Part shown: positions 7,807-18,113 of the stretch, in pieces
Layout of the letters: each line of letters begins with the position of its first letter
Position numbering within the stretch: the stretch's first letter is position 1
Source: Candidatus Nomurabacteria bacterium
GTDB taxonomy: Bacteria > Patescibacteriota > Minisyncoccia > Phycocordibacterales > UBA9973
Assembly (NCBI GenBank): GCA_943359475.1
Contig: CALRHK010000003.1
Span: 1-51,756, forward strand
Length of the DNA: 51,756 nt
Direction: 5' to 3'
Notes under the pieces: generated by a model
The model's input: the letters and a program-made list of their open reading frames with translations, nothing else
Databases searched by the model: none
Told to the model about the DNA's origin: nothing
Position numbers and translations under genes: made by a program

Positions 7807-8745
7807 ATGTCATTTAAGAAATATGCAGTGGGTATGCTCGCAGTAATGCTCATACTCGGAATGGGTTTTGCGCACGGCGTCCTGGCAGATAATGAAAATG
7901 GTAATGGTCATAATGACCAAAATCGAGAAGCACGCACTGTTGGCACAACGCTTGAAATCCATGTCACAGATAATGGTAAAGTTTTGGTTCGTGGGGCAAA
8001 AGTGACAGGTATCTCAGGTTCAGTTGTCACCGCAACAACTTCGTGGGGAACTGCGCTCGCTTCGTGGACAATCAATACTTCAAGCACAACCGAACTTGTT
8101 CGTCGCTACGGAGGTGCTATGACTTCACTTTCAGAAATAACGGTAGGTGATTTTGTAAGCTTCTCAGGCACCATTGCTTCAGGTGCAACATCACCATTTG
8201 TTGTTGATGCGAAAATACTTAAAGACTGGTCAATACAAAAGAAGAACGCAACATTCGAAGGTACTGTAGGCACTGTTAATAGCGCAGGAAATAGTTTTGT
8301 CCTTGTAAGTAATAATCGTGGAAACATTACAATAAATGTTGCTACAGGTACTACAATCAAGAAAGACAATACAACAGGTGTGTTTGCAGATATTGTGACT
8401 GGTTTGAAAGTAACAGCAACTGGCCTTTATAACAATCTCACAAGTGTTCTTGATGCAAGTACTGTAAAAGTACGCACGAACACTCCAACACCTGAATCTC
8501 GCACTACAGTAGAAGGAAGCCTCTCGTCTATCGCAGGCACTACGGCACCAACGACATTTGTTGTGAATTCACACGGTGTAGACTATACAGTCTCAGTTGC
8601 TACTACAACTTCTGTACTCAATAAAAATTGGCTGACCGCAACACTTTCCCAATTTGTAGTTGGAAATACCGTGCGCGTGTATGGCGTAGTACACGCTGAT
8701 CATACGATTGATGCAACAGTGATACGCAATACGAGTCTTAATTAA
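7807..8745 (+). CDS. secreted DUF5666-type OB-repeat protein
   Basis: Signal peptide; three repeats ending in V.D.V.V.G...A..I. Confidence 0.75.
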   Translation: MSFKKYAVGMLAVMLILGMGFAHGVLADNENGNGHNDQNREARTVGTTLEIHVTDNGKVLVRGAKVTGISGSVVTATTSWGTALASWTINTSSTTELVRRYGGAMTSLSEITVGDFVSFSGTIASGATSPFVVDAKILKDWSIQKKNATFEGTVGTVNSAGNSFVLVSNNRGNITINVATGTTIKKDNTTGVFADIVTGLKVTATGLYNNLTSVLDASTVKVRTNTPTPESRTTVEGSLSSIAGTTAPTTFVVNSHGVDYTVSVATTTSVLNKNWLTATLSQFVVGNTVRVYGVVHADHTIDATVIRNTSLN

Positions 8746-8816
8746 TAATTTAATATGTGTCGAACAAAAAACCGCCTCCTATCAGCGGTTTTTTGTTTTT
8801 ATGCTAGAGTACTGGT

Positions 8817-9590
8817 ATGACATTTTTGCATAGTATTATCTTAGGTATTGTTGAAGGTGTGACTGAATTTTTACCAATTTCTTCAACAGGACATCTTATT
8901 ATTACTTCAAATCTTCTACATGTACCACAATCAGAATTTACTAAAAGTTATGAAATAATTATTCAACTTGGTGCAATTTTGGCTGTTGCAAGTCTCTATT
9001 TTCGTAAACTAGTACACGATAAGAAGCTCTGGAAAAAAATACTTGCGGGATTTATCCCGACCGCGCTCATTGGCTATTTTTTGTATGCATTTATCAAAAC
9101 GTACTTACTAAGTAATCTCGTTGTTGTTGGGTGGGCGCTTTTGCTCGGCGGAATAGGCATTGTTGTTTTTGAGTATTGGTATAAAGCTCAAAGTGCATTT
9201 ACTACAAATAATGAAATAACGTATCGTCAGGCATTCATCGTTGGAATTGCGCAGGCACTTGCGGTAATTCCCGGTGTTTCTCGATCTGGAGCTACGATTA
9301 TTGGCGGACTTTTACAAGGCCTTTCACGTTCTGTGATTGTTGAATTTTCTTTTTTATTAGCACTTCCTACTATGGCAGCTGCTACAGGGCTTGATTTGCT
9401 CAAAACTCAACTTCATTTTTCAAGTAAGGAGTTTCTGTTACTTGGCGTGGGTTTGATAATTTCGTTTGTAACAGCGCGTAGTATTATGAAGTGGTTTTTG
9501 CGCTATATACAAAAAAATACATTTACCTCTTTTGGTATTTATCGAATTATTCTAGGCACCATACTACTTGTGGGTCTTTACCTACTGTAG
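8817..9590 (+). CDS. uppP: undecaprenyl-diphosphate phosphatase
   Basis: EGVTEFLPISSTGHL and PGVSRSGATI motifs. Confidence 0.97.
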   Translation: MTFLHSIILGIVEGVTEFLPISSTGHLIITSNLLHVPQSEFTKSYEIIIQLGAILAVASLYFRKLVHDKKLWKKILAGFIPTALIGYFLYAFIKTYLLSNLVVVGWALLLGGIGIVVFEYWYKAQSAFTTNNEITYRQAFIVGIAQALAVIPGVSRSGATIIGGLLQGLSRSVIVEFSFLLALPTMAAATGLDLLKTQLHFSSKEFLLLGVGLIISFVTARSIMKWFLRYIQKNTFTSFGIYRIILGTILLVGLYLL

Positions 9591-10238
9591 AATAAATTCT
9601 CCAACGGACATTCTTCTTAAGTTTTGCAATGTGGCTACGGTGCCAAGTTTTTCTCCGAGTGCTTCCGCCAGTGACCTGATGTAGGTACCACTTCCAACTG
9701 ACCACTCTATAGTGAGAATAGTGTCAGTTCTATCACAAAGGCGACCCCGGACGACATGCATCAAGCGTTCTTTTGGTGCAAGCTCTTTTCCTTGTCGTGC
9801 GTATTTATAGAGTGAAATACCTGCGTGTTTGACCGCGGAATATTGGGGTACTGGAAGGAGCAGGTCTCCCGCGAGCTTATTGAGATGTTGTTTGATTGTA
9901 GTATCAGAAAGGGGAGGAACAGTTTGCAATACAGTAAAAGTACCTGTTGTATCCCCAGTATCTGTTTTTGCGCCAAGTAGTATCTCGGCTACGTATGTTT
10001 TTGGTAATTTTGAAAAGGCGGTGAGCTGTTTTGTTGCAGGGCCTACTGCGACGATCAAAAGACCTGTTGCGTTTGGATCAAGTGTCCCAGCATGACCAAT
10101 TTTTCGAGTCCCAAGCTTTCTTTGAAAAATCCGAATAACATCAAATGAGCTGATACCTTTTGGCTTATCGACAATAAAAATATTCGGTGTGTGTTCTCGA
10201 AACACGAGGTCTATTTCGTTGAGATTTTTTCTGTACAT
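9582..10238 (-). CDS. truB: tRNA pseudouridine(55) synthase
   Basis: DKPKG, GHAGTLDP and GTYIRSL motifs; lacks C-terminal PUA domain. Confidence 0.95.
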   Translation of the reverse strand: MYRKNLNEIDLVFREHTPNIFIVDKPKGISSFDVIRIFQRKLGTRKIGHAGTLDPNATGLLIVAVGPATKQLTAFSKLPKTYVAEILLGAKTDTGDTTGTFTVLQTVPPLSDTTIKQHLNKLAGDLLLPVPQYSAVKHAGISLYKYARQGKELAPKERLMHVVRGRLCDRTDTILTIEWSVGSGTYIRSLAEALGEKLGTVATLQNLRRMSVGEFILQ

Positions 10239-10627
10239 TTTTCACATTTACACCCTTTTGGTTTAATGTATTCCTTCCAGAATTCTTTGCCGTAATCGTA
10301 GGTAATTTCTTCGCCAGGTTTAATGGCACGTTTCGCTGTGATAAATACTTGGTGACCTTTGACTTCAGCTTCTGCGTTTGGACGACAGGAATGATTGATA
10401 TAGCGGGCTGTGTGCTGGCGACCGCGACCATCGAGTGTCCAGCGGTTGTTTAATTCAAAGAGGTATTGGCCACCTCGTTCATCAGCTTGTGCTGCTGTAA
10501 GTTTCTCGCCTGTATAAGTAATAATAAATGCATTTTTCTTAATCGCTTCACCAGCATAGAGTCCGAGACCAGTTTTTGACTTTTTGCGAACGAGTTTCGG
10601 CGATGGCGGTACGGGATATGTTTTCAT
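10211..10627 (-). CDS. SET-domain protein-lysine methyltransferase
   Basis: GLGLYA, ARYINHSC.PN, EEITYDY and post-SET CKC.KC motifs. Confidence 0.93.
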   Translation of the reverse strand: MKTYPVPPSPKLVRKKSKTGLGLYAGEAIKKNAFIITYTGEKLTAAQADERGGQYLFELNNRWTLDGRGRQHTARYINHSCRPNAEAEVKGHQVFITAKRAIKPGEEITYDYGKEFWKEYIKPKGCKCEKCTEKISTK

Positions 10628-10707
10628 AAAGCACTATCGTACCATAATTTTATTGAAAATAAAAAACTCCCCTTTGTGCTCAGGGGAGTTTACTTTCGTT
10701 AGTCGTG

Positions 10708-11043
10708 TTATCCACGACCAATACTGCGATTACGGCTCTTGTTGTCATTGCGACGAGCCATTGCGTTCTTCTTACGACGAAAATCCTTGTTGCTGTATTC
10801 GTAATTCAGGGGAGAAAATGATTGCGAAACATTCTTGTTTCGATTTGGCTTCCGTACTTTTGCAAGAAGTTCGGTCTTTGGTACGGCTCCGTTGGTAGGG
10901 GTTTCTTGGTGCTCCCCGTACACAAAATTTTTAAATCGTTCTCCCTCGTACTCATGAAGGCTGATTTTTTCTCCTGATGCCATTGAGAGGTGCATTAAAC
11001 CACTTGCTGAAAAGGTAATCGCTGCAATTGTTAAGTTGTTCAT
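10708..11043 (-). CDS. hypothetical protein with basic C-terminus
   Basis: ORF with upstream TTGACA/TGcTATAAT promoter and downstream hairpin at 10662-10691. Confidence 0.6.
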   Translation of the reverse strand: MNNLTIAAITFSASGLMHLSMASGEKISLHEYEGERFKNFVYGEHQETPTNGAVPKTELLAKVRKPNRNKNVSQSFSPLNYEYSNKDFRRKKNAMARRNDNKSRNRSIGRG

Positions 11044-11138
11044 AGGATCTGTTTTTGGTTAATTATATTATAGCATATATAATGCCATATTGTCAAGTGG
11101 TACTATCTCAAAAAAGCCTTGTTTGCTATACTGTTTTT

Positions 11139-11756
11139 GTGGAAAATCTCACAAAGACAGAGAAAAGGCTTTTTGAAAAACTCTTAACTCCTCAAAAAAT
11201 ACAAGACTATCTCGACAGGTTACCAATGAATCATGAGTATAAAGGTGAGACATTAATGTCCCCACGGAGGGTTATTCGTGAACAAAAGGCACATTGTATT
11301 GAAGCTGCTCTCTTTGCTGCTGCGGTACTCGCATACCATGGGCACAAGCCACTCCTTTTTGACTTAAAAACAATTGGATTACCGCATGACTACGACCATG
11401 TAGTAGCACTTTTTAAGGTAGGCAAGCATTGGGGAGCAATTTCAAAAACAAACCATGTTGTATTGCGTTACCGTGATCCAATTTATCGATCTCTCCGCGA
11501 ACTCGCAATGTCATATTTTCATGAATATTTTATTGCTAATGGAAAAAAGACTCTCCGTAGCTACTCGAAGCCTTTTCGCTTATCGACAAAATATGAATGG
11601 ATTACTACCGAGGAAGATTTGTGGGGGATTGAAACAGCGCTTGATAGAAGTTCTCACGTAGAAATGGTCTCAACGTTTCAAATTTCAAAATTGCGTAAGG
11701 CGAGTCGCTTTGAGCGTGTCATTGCAGGTAAGGAAGAGTGGATATGTAGAAATTAA
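11139..11756 (+). CDS. conserved hypothetical protein (transglutaminase-like Cys/His motifs)
   Basis: AHCIEAALFAAA, DHVVALF, WGAISK.N motifs; GTG 11139 lies 6 nt after TGcTATACT. Confidence 0.75.
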   Translation: MENLTKTEKRLFEKLLTPQKIQDYLDRLPMNHEYKGETLMSPRRVIREQKAHCIEAALFAAAVLAYHGHKPLLFDLKTIGLPHDYDHVVALFKVGKHWGAISKTNHVVLRYRDPIYRSLRELAMSYFHEYFIANGKKTLRSYSKPFRLSTKYEWITTEEDLWGIETALDRSSHVEMVSTFQISKLRKASRFERVIAGKEEWICRN

Positions 11757-11757
11757 T

Positions 11758-11988
11758 ATGTATATACGAGTACGGGTTACTGCTGGTGCAAAAAAAGAAG
11801 TGCTTACTCCAAAAGCAGGAGGTTTTCTCGTTTCAGTAAAGGAGCCTGCAACCCAAAACCTTGCAAATAAAAGGGTCATTGAACTTGTCGCGCTACACTA
11901 TGCTATTTCACCTAAAAAAGTGCGTATTGTAAATGGTCATCATGCACCCTCGAAAATACTTTCAGTCGATATGGAAAAGGAAAAATGA
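11758..11988 (+). CDS. DUF167 (YggU/UPF0235) family protein
   Basis: VRV..GAKKE, VKEPA..NLAN and IV.GH....K motifs. Confidence 0.88.
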   Translation: MYIRVRVTAGAKKEVLTPKAGGFLVSVKEPATQNLANKRVIELVALHYAISPKKVRIVNGHHAPSKILSVDMEKEK

Positions 11989-12024
11989 TATACTAAGTGT
12001 ATTAGTAGTTAACCAACAAAATCT

Positions 12025-12414
12025 ATGCAAATCGATATAAAAGCAATTGGAATAGAACTTACGAGTGCGATTGAGGACTATGTACACAAGCGTCTTGGTG
12101 GTTTAGAAAAATTTACCAAAGGAGAACTTACTCCACCACGTATCGAAGTAGAAGTTGGTAAAACTACCGAACACCATAAAAAGGGAGATTTCTTTAGCGC
12201 TCAAGCGAAAATTTACTGTGTTAATGGACCATTCCATGCAACAAAAGAAGAAGCAGATCTCTATGCCGCAGTCGATGCAATTCGTGAAGATCTTGAACGA
12301 CAACTTGTTGCAAAAAAAGATCGTGGCACAACCCTCTTCCGACGTGGTGCGCGTAGCGTGAAAAAAATGCTCAAAGGACTTTCAAAAAGAAACCCGTTTA
12401 CTTCAAAATATTAA
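12025..12414 (+). CDS. raiA: ribosome-associated translation inhibitor RaiA / hibernation factor HPF
   Basis: IELTSAIEDYV.KRL..LEKF and DLYAAVD...LERQL motifs. Confidence 0.9.
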   Translation: MQIDIKAIGIELTSAIEDYVHKRLGGLEKFTKGELTPPRIEVEVGKTTEHHKKGDFFSAQAKIYCVNGPFHATKEEADLYAAVDAIREDLERQLVAKKDRGTTLFRRGARSVKKMLKGLSKRNPFTSKY

Positions 12415-12439
12415 ACTAAAAACACCCCTTGGGGTGTTT

Positions 12440-13291
12440 TTAGTTTGCATATCCTTTTTGAAATGCATCGTAGGACATCTCTCTTTTTCCTTCAGGGATT
12501 ACTTTTTTTATGATAAAGACACCATTTACCATTTCAGCGTCAGTAATTTTTACTCTACCAGCTTTTGGGTGAATAAAATATGAACCAGGCCATCCATAAT
12601 AGGCACAAAAGTGTCGGTATTTTGCTTCTTCATTGTGTATTGTTGAAATATCACCGTTGTGTTTACTTATTTTTTTTGTATACGTAGCACGTGTGTCATC
12701 TTGGGGTGTTGCAGAGCACTCATTGTGAATCCAAAGCGCGAGCATTTTTGCGAGTAGTACACCTCCGTGGTGTGCGAGCACTGTTTCAAGTTCTGGCGCC
12801 TTGCTATTTGGTGTAATTGCTACTTCTTCTTGTGCGAGGATGGGTCCATGATCCATACGCGAATCAAGAAGCATAATGCTAACACCAGTAGTAGTATCAC
12901 CAGCAATGAGAGCAGCTTCGACCGGAGAAGATCCGCGGTACTTGGGCAAAAGTGATGGATGTACATTGAGAATACCTTTTGGAAAGAGATCAAGTAGTGG
13001 TTCAGGAAGAATTTTACCGTAGGCGGCAACTATACCAACAAGCGGGGATTCTTTTTTAATTGCCTCAATTACTTCATCGGTAATTGTTTCTGGTTGGAGT
13101 ACTTTTATGTTGTGCGAAAGTGCCCATACTTTTACAGGGGAGGGAGTGAGCTGAAGTGTACGACCCTGTGGTTTGTCTGGTGTCGTAATAATGCACGAAG
13201 GTAGAAAACCTTTCGCCTGTAATTCGTCAAGAATAACAGTCGCAAACGTGGGGGTACCAAAGAATATGAATGGAATATTATTTTGAGGCAT
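12440..13291 (-). CDS. fmt: methionyl-tRNA formyltransferase
   Basis: FFGTP.FA, NVHPSLLPKYRG and MDHGPIL motifs. Confidence 0.96.
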   Translation of the reverse strand: MPQNNIPFIFFGTPTFATVILDELQAKGFLPSCIITTPDKPQGRTLQLTPSPVKVWALSHNIKVLQPETITDEVIEAIKKESPLVGIVAAYGKILPEPLLDLFPKGILNVHPSLLPKYRGSSPVEAALIAGDTTTGVSIMLLDSRMDHGPILAQEEVAITPNSKAPELETVLAHHGGVLLAKMLALWIHNECSATPQDDTRATYTKKISKHNGDISTIHNEEAKYRHFCAYYGWPGSYFIHPKAGRVKITDAEMVNGVFIIKKVIPEGKREMSYDAFQKGYAN

Positions 13292-13823
13292 GGCGGTGTG
13301 TTGTCGGGAGGACTTCTTCTAAATTGCGCGCTTTATCAATAAAGAGGATACCCTCAAGATGGTCAATTTCGTGTTGAAAAATTTGTGCCAGTAATCCGCT
13401 TGCCCCTCTTGTAAAAAGTTCACCACGTTCATTGTAAGCTTTTACTGTTGCCTGGGTAGAACGTTCAACATCACCATAGAGCCAGCGCACGGATAAACAA
13501 CCCTCAGGTAGGAGTGTTTTCTTTTTTGATAGTTTTACAAATTCTGGATTTATAAACACAAGGTCTTCATAGCGGGAAAGGTTTTTCCCTGTGTAGTTTT
13601 CTTCTCCAAATTCTGGGTCAAATATTTTCCCCGATACGACAAAAATTCTATAAGAGCTTCCGATTTGTGGTGCTGCTATTGCGACGCCATCATCTTGTGA
13701 TGCGAGTGCTTTTTTCATGTCGGTAATAAGTTCTTGAATTTTAGGTGAAGTGATCTGTTTAATCGGCACCGGCAATGCTTTATAGCGGAGTACTTTATTT
13801 TCTTTTTGTAGAATAGGCACCAT
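13278..13823 (-). CDS. def: peptide deformylase
   Basis: GVAIAAPQIG, EGCLS and QHEIDHLEG motifs. Confidence 0.97.
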   Translation of the reverse strand: MVPILQKENKVLRYKALPVPIKQITSPKIQELITDMKKALASQDDGVAIAAPQIGSSYRIFVVSGKIFDPEFGEENYTGKNLSRYEDLVFINPEFVKLSKKKTLLPEGCLSVRWLYGDVERSTQATVKAYNERGELFTRGASGLLAQIFQHEIDHLEGILFIDKARNLEEVLPTTHRHASK

Positions 13824-13829
13824 GATGTT

Positions 13830-15128
13830 TTACAATGATTTCAAATATTCAAGAAGTTTTTTGATGGGGACAGTTTCCTGGGAGCGTGTTTGCATATCGC
13901 GAACGATTACGGAATCTTCCAGAGCTTCTTTTTGACCAAAAATAATTGTGTAGGGGATATTCATTTTTTCAGCAATTGCGAGTTGTTGTGAAAGTGAATC
14001 TTTTGAAAGCGCCTGAGCTATTGGGATGTGGGCCTTGCGAAGAATCTCTATCACATTAAGACTTTTGAGTTTTGCTTCAAACCCGAGCTGGATAAAATAC
14101 ATCTTAGGTTTCTTTAAGATACGTGGAGAAAGTTTTTTATACCAAGGCATTTCAATAATTCTATCAACACCAAATGAAACGCCAACGGCTGGAATATCTT
14201 TCTTGGAACCAATTTGCTTTCCAAGATAATCGTAACGCCCACCGCCAGCAATTGTGATTGGACCACCACCTTCACCAGAAGTTTCTTCAATAATTTCAAA
14301 TACGGTGCGTGTGTAATACGAAAGTCCCCGCACGAGACATTTGTTGAGACGATATGGGATACCCATTTGTTCGAGATATTCGAGCACTTCTTTGAAGTGA
14401 CGCTTACATCCAGAACAGAGTGATGCGATTGCTTCTGGTGCACCTTCGTTTATCTCTTTTGTTTTTTGGTCTTTTGAATCAAGAATACGGAGTGGGTTGT
14501 TCTTGAGACGCTCTTTATCAATTGCGCCAAGTTCGTCGATATGTTTTTTATAATAGTTGGTAAGTTCTCGAATATAACTCGCACGACACTCCTTGTCACC
14601 AATCGAGTTTATATCGACAGAAAGATTCTCTGCACCAGCTTCTTGAAGTATGGTCATTGCACCACGGATAACGAGCGCATCAAGAATGCTCTTCTCGCTA
14701 CCAAGCGCGTCCATATCAAATTGATAAAATTGTCGGTAACGGCCCTTTTGTGGATTGTCATGACGAAAGACTGGTCCGTATGAGTAAAGGAGCACGGGTT
14801 GTGGGAGGTTTTGCATACCATGTTCAATATATGCACGCATTGTGCCAGCGGTGTGTTCTGGGCGTAGTGCAAGGTGGTCGCCACCTTTTGTACGCAAGGT
14901 GTACATTTCTTTATCAACGATGTCAGTACCTACACCTACAGAAGTAGTAAAGAGTTCCTCGTGTTCTAAAATTGGAGTTTCTATTGGTTGAAAACCATAA
15001 TAAATAGCAACTTCCTGTGCTTTTTCAAAGAAACCTTGGAAAAGGTAGTACTCCTCGTTTCGTATATCGCGCAAACCTTTCGGTGTAGTAAATGTTTCTT
15101 TGCGTTGCGGTTTTTGGGTTTTAGACAT
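13830..15128 (-). CDS. hisS: histidine--tRNA ligase
   Basis: LRPEHT, FRHDNPQKGRYRQFYQ, LVRGLSYY and GGGRYD motifs. Confidence 0.97.
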   Translation of the reverse strand: MSKTQKPQRKETFTTPKGLRDIRNEEYYLFQGFFEKAQEVAIYYGFQPIETPILEHEELFTTSVGVGTDIVDKEMYTLRTKGGDHLALRPEHTAGTMRAYIEHGMQNLPQPVLLYSYGPVFRHDNPQKGRYRQFYQFDMDALGSEKSILDALVIRGAMTILQEAGAENLSVDINSIGDKECRASYIRELTNYYKKHIDELGAIDKERLKNNPLRILDSKDQKTKEINEGAPEAIASLCSGCKRHFKEVLEYLEQMGIPYRLNKCLVRGLSYYTRTVFEIIEETSGEGGGPITIAGGGRYDYLGKQIGSKKDIPAVGVSFGVDRIIEMPWYKKLSPRILKKPKMYFIQLGFEAKLKSLNVIEILRKAHIPIAQALSKDSLSQQLAIAEKMNIPYTIIFGQKEALEDSVIVRDMQTRSQETVPIKKLLEYLKSL

Positions 15129-15146
15129 TAAATAAAATTGCTTATT

Positions 15147-15737
15147 TTAGTAATTGTTGAACTTTCCGGGGAGTACTGAAATATCTCCCACTGGGAAAAG
15201 TCGCACAAGTGCGCGGCCAACCATCAGTGAACGAGGAAGTGTGCCCCAAGCGCGTGAATCAGAACTTCCACTTCTATTATCTCCCATTACAAAATATTGA
15301 CCTGCCGGCAAAGTAATTTCCATGGTGTCTTCTGATTTGTTTTTTACATACGGCTCTGCGAGCATAAAGCCGTCCGGGTTATCTTTATTTTTAATGACGA
15401 TAGTACTTCCGGTAATTTTTACAGTTTCTCCTGGTAGTCCAATGACTCGTTTAATGAAATATTTCGTAGTATCTTTCGGCCACTTGAATACAACTACATC
15501 GCCACGACTTGGCTCTCCTACACGATATGAGAGTTCATCTACAATCAAATAATCGCTATTGTGAAATGTGGGCACCATTGAACTTCCAGAAACAATAAAT
15601 GGTTGTGCAATAAAGGTACGAATTGGCACAACAATCAGGAGTGCGAGAATTGCAAACTTTACTAAATCCCAAAAGCCTTCTTTTTTTGGGGGCGATGGAA
15701 TAGTTGGACTCAGAGAACCATTTTCTTCGCTTGTCAT
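15147..15737 (-). CDS. lepB: signal peptidase I
   Basis: GSSMVPT, FIKRVIGLPGE and GDNR..SSDSR motifs. Confidence 0.96.
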   Translation of the reverse strand: MTSEENGSLSPTIPSPPKKEGFWDLVKFAILALLIVVPIRTFIAQPFIVSGSSMVPTFHNSDYLIVDELSYRVGEPSRGDVVVFKWPKDTTKYFIKRVIGLPGETVKITGSTIVIKNKDNPDGFMLAEPYVKNKSEDTMEITLPAGQYFVMGDNRSGSSDSRAWGTLPRSLMVGRALVRLFPVGDISVLPGKFNNY

Positions 15738-15852
15738 TGGCAGATTATACTACACAAGCGATTTGACAGCAAAGTAAGAGTGGTGTTGTGTTGCGAAAAT
15801 TGAGTTTGCTATGATTTTGGTCTTTCGAATTTCTCAATTATACTGCACTCAT

Positions 15853-16443
15853 ATGTTATACGTTATTGGTTTGGGCAATCCAGGAGCAGAATATGTAGCA
15901 ACTCGTCATAATACGGGGCGTATAGTACTGGAAATGCTTGCAAAGAAAAATTTTACCGAGTGGAAAAATGACATGAAGCTCCAAGCGCGGGTTTCCAAAG
16001 GAGAACTTGAGGGTGAAAAAATGATATTTGTTTGCCCAGAAACATTTATGAATAACTCAGGTAAGAGCGTAAAGCCACTTATCACTTCAAAAAAAGATCT
16101 TGCAAAAATTGTTGTAGTCTATGATGATCTTGATTTACCCCTTGGTCGCATTAAAGTTTCTTTTAATCGCAGCGCGGGTGGACACAATGGTCTAGGATCA
16201 ATTATTAAAGCCGTAAAGAGTGAAGAGTTTGTTCGCATTCGGGTCGGAGTATCACCAGCTACACCATCAGGTAAAATCAAAAAGCCATCTGGTGAAGATG
16301 CGGTGCAGAAGTTTTTGCTGGGAAATTTTAAGGAAAAAGAGCTTCTTGAGTTGAAGAAAATTTCTAAAACAGTCAAAGAAATTCTCGTCTGCATTTCTGC
16401 AGAATCAAAAGACAAAGCAATGAGTCTCTACAATCAAAACTAA
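15853..16443 (+). CDS. pth: aminoacyl-tRNA hydrolase
   Basis: GLGNPG..Y..TRHN, TFMN.SG and GGHNGL motifs; first ATG at 15853. Confidence 0.96.
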   Translation: MLYVIGLGNPGAEYVATRHNTGRIVLEMLAKKNFTEWKNDMKLQARVSKGELEGEKMIFVCPETFMNNSGKSVKPLITSKKDLAKIVVVYDDLDLPLGRIKVSFNRSAGGHNGLGSIIKAVKSEEFVRIRVGVSPATPSGKIKKPSGEDAVQKFLLGNFKEKELLELKKISKTVKEILVCISAESKDKAMSLYNQN

Positions 16444-16955
16444 AACGAAGCAGAAACGATACACGCAAGTTTTGTGACAGGATCACTCCCGCATCCATGT
16501 GCAATCGCACCCCCAAGTCCGCCGATTATAGTTATGACAACAAGTGATAGAAGTGCAAGAATTACTCGAAGGGTAGGATGAGTCAATGCATTTTTAATAG
16601 TGGCAATTTTTGGAATTCGTAATAGAAACTTTGTATATTTAGGATTTACAAGTGGCGCCATCTCAAGTGCATATCCACAAAGCGCAATGATAAAGACAAA
16701 AAGCAGTACACCAGAAAGTGTTGAATGAAATTCAAGGAGTGTTCGTTGGAGTGGTTCCCAGCGTGCAATATGCTCGACTTGTTCACCTGTAGCCCGAGCA
16801 ATCATAATTGCAAGTGTTCCAATAAGTGACACCCACCAAAGTGTAAAACGCAGATACTGTGTTTTCTTCCAGAGAGTATGGATAAGTTCTAAAATACCAT
16901 AGGCAACAGCGAGTACGACAGGGAAGTGAACTACCACAATGTGAAAGTTGTTCAT
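16440..16955 (-). CDS. DUF2231-like membrane protein
   Basis: H..VVHFP N-terminal motif, TG, conserved His, GG..AHG; 4 TM helices. Confidence 0.75.
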   Translation of the reverse strand: MNNFHIVVVHFPVVLAVAYGILELIHTLWKKTQYLRFTLWWVSLIGTLAIMIARATGEQVEHIARWEPLQRTLLEFHSTLSGVLLFVFIIALCGYALEMAPLVNPKYTKFLLRIPKIATIKNALTHPTLRVILALLSLVVITIIGGLGGAIAHGCGSDPVTKLACIVSASF

Positions 16956-17018
16956 AGTGTTAAGTATAACAGTACAATAATAAAAAGCACCAGATGACTG
17001 GTGCTTTTTATTAGAAAA

Positions 17019-18113
17019 TTATTTCTTTTCATCAAGGAAGGCAAGTGTCATACGTTGTTCCTTTGGTTCAAAGAGGGTAATTTGAAAGTTGTATGTTTTA
17101 CCGAGTTCAAGTTTCTCGCGGAGTTTTACTTCACCACCAACGGTTGAGTTGTGAACGAGTCCCGCAACGCCTTCTTTGATTGAAACAAGTGCGCCGTGTT
17201 TATTGTACTTAATCACAACACCTTTAATAATGTCACCTTTTTTGAGAGTACCATCGAACTCTTTCCAAGGATTTTCTTTGAGTGCTTTAATTGAAAGAGA
17301 AATTTTTCCATCTTTAATTTCAATTACTTTTGCATTTACCTTGTCACCCAATTTAAACATGGTGCGTGGATCTTCAATAAGACCCCAGTCAATTTCGGAA
17401 ATGTGAACGAGTCCCTCGAGACCTTCTTCAATCTTCAAGAAGACACCGAAATCAACAAGCCCTGCAACTTCACAGGCAACTTCATCACCAACTGCGTATT
17501 TACCAATGATTTCTTGGCGCTCAGCAGGATTGTTATCTTTTTCTGAGAAGATAAGCTTACCTTCTTTTGGTAATGCTGAGAGAATAATAACTGAAAGTTT
17601 TTTACCAACAAGTTTTTTGAGTTCTTTTAAGATCTTATCTTTATCAGAGTCCTCAACACGTGGGTAGTGTTCTGGTTTAAGTTGTGATGCAGGAAGGAAG
17701 CCCTGAATTCCTTGCCACTCAAGGATAAGTCCACCCTTGTTTGCTTCTTTGACAGGGATTTCAAGTACTGTTTTTGCTTTGATCGCTTTCTCGGCTTCGC
17801 TCCAAATGAGTGCTTGCTTTGCTTCTTTAAGTGAAAGCTCTACATAGCCATCTTCGTTTTCAGTATCAACAACTTTTGCCTTCACTGCGTCCCCGATATT
17901 CACTTTTTTTAGAATATCGCGTGCATTAATGAATTCGCGTCCGTAAATAATGCCCGTACCATAAGGAGTAAGGTCAATAAAGACTGAAGATTTTTTAATT
18001 GCAATGACAGGTCCTTCGACGAGAGTGTCGAGCGCTGGACGTGTCGCTGATTTTTCGATTACTGCAAGTGTTCCAGTAAACTCACTCACAGGTTTTGTTT
18101 CTGTAGTATCCAT
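17019..18113 (-). CDS. rpsA: 30S ribosomal protein S1 (short form, about 4 S1 domains)
   Basis: NKGGL, GFLPASQL, FGVF..I..GLEGLVHISEI and ISLSIKAL motifs. Confidence 0.9.
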   Translation of the reverse strand: MDTTETKPVSEFTGTLAVIEKSATRPALDTLVEGPVIAIKKSSVFIDLTPYGTGIIYGREFINARDILKKVNIGDAVKAKVVDTENEDGYVELSLKEAKQALIWSEAEKAIKAKTVLEIPVKEANKGGLILEWQGIQGFLPASQLKPEHYPRVEDSDKDKILKELKKLVGKKLSVIILSALPKEGKLIFSEKDNNPAERQEIIGKYAVGDEVACEVAGLVDFGVFLKIEEGLEGLVHISEIDWGLIEDPRTMFKLGDKVNAKVIEIKDGKISLSIKALKENPWKEFDGTLKKGDIIKGVVIKYNKHGALVSIKEGVAGLVHNSTVGGEVKLREKLELGKTYNFQITLFEPKEQRMTLAFLDEKK

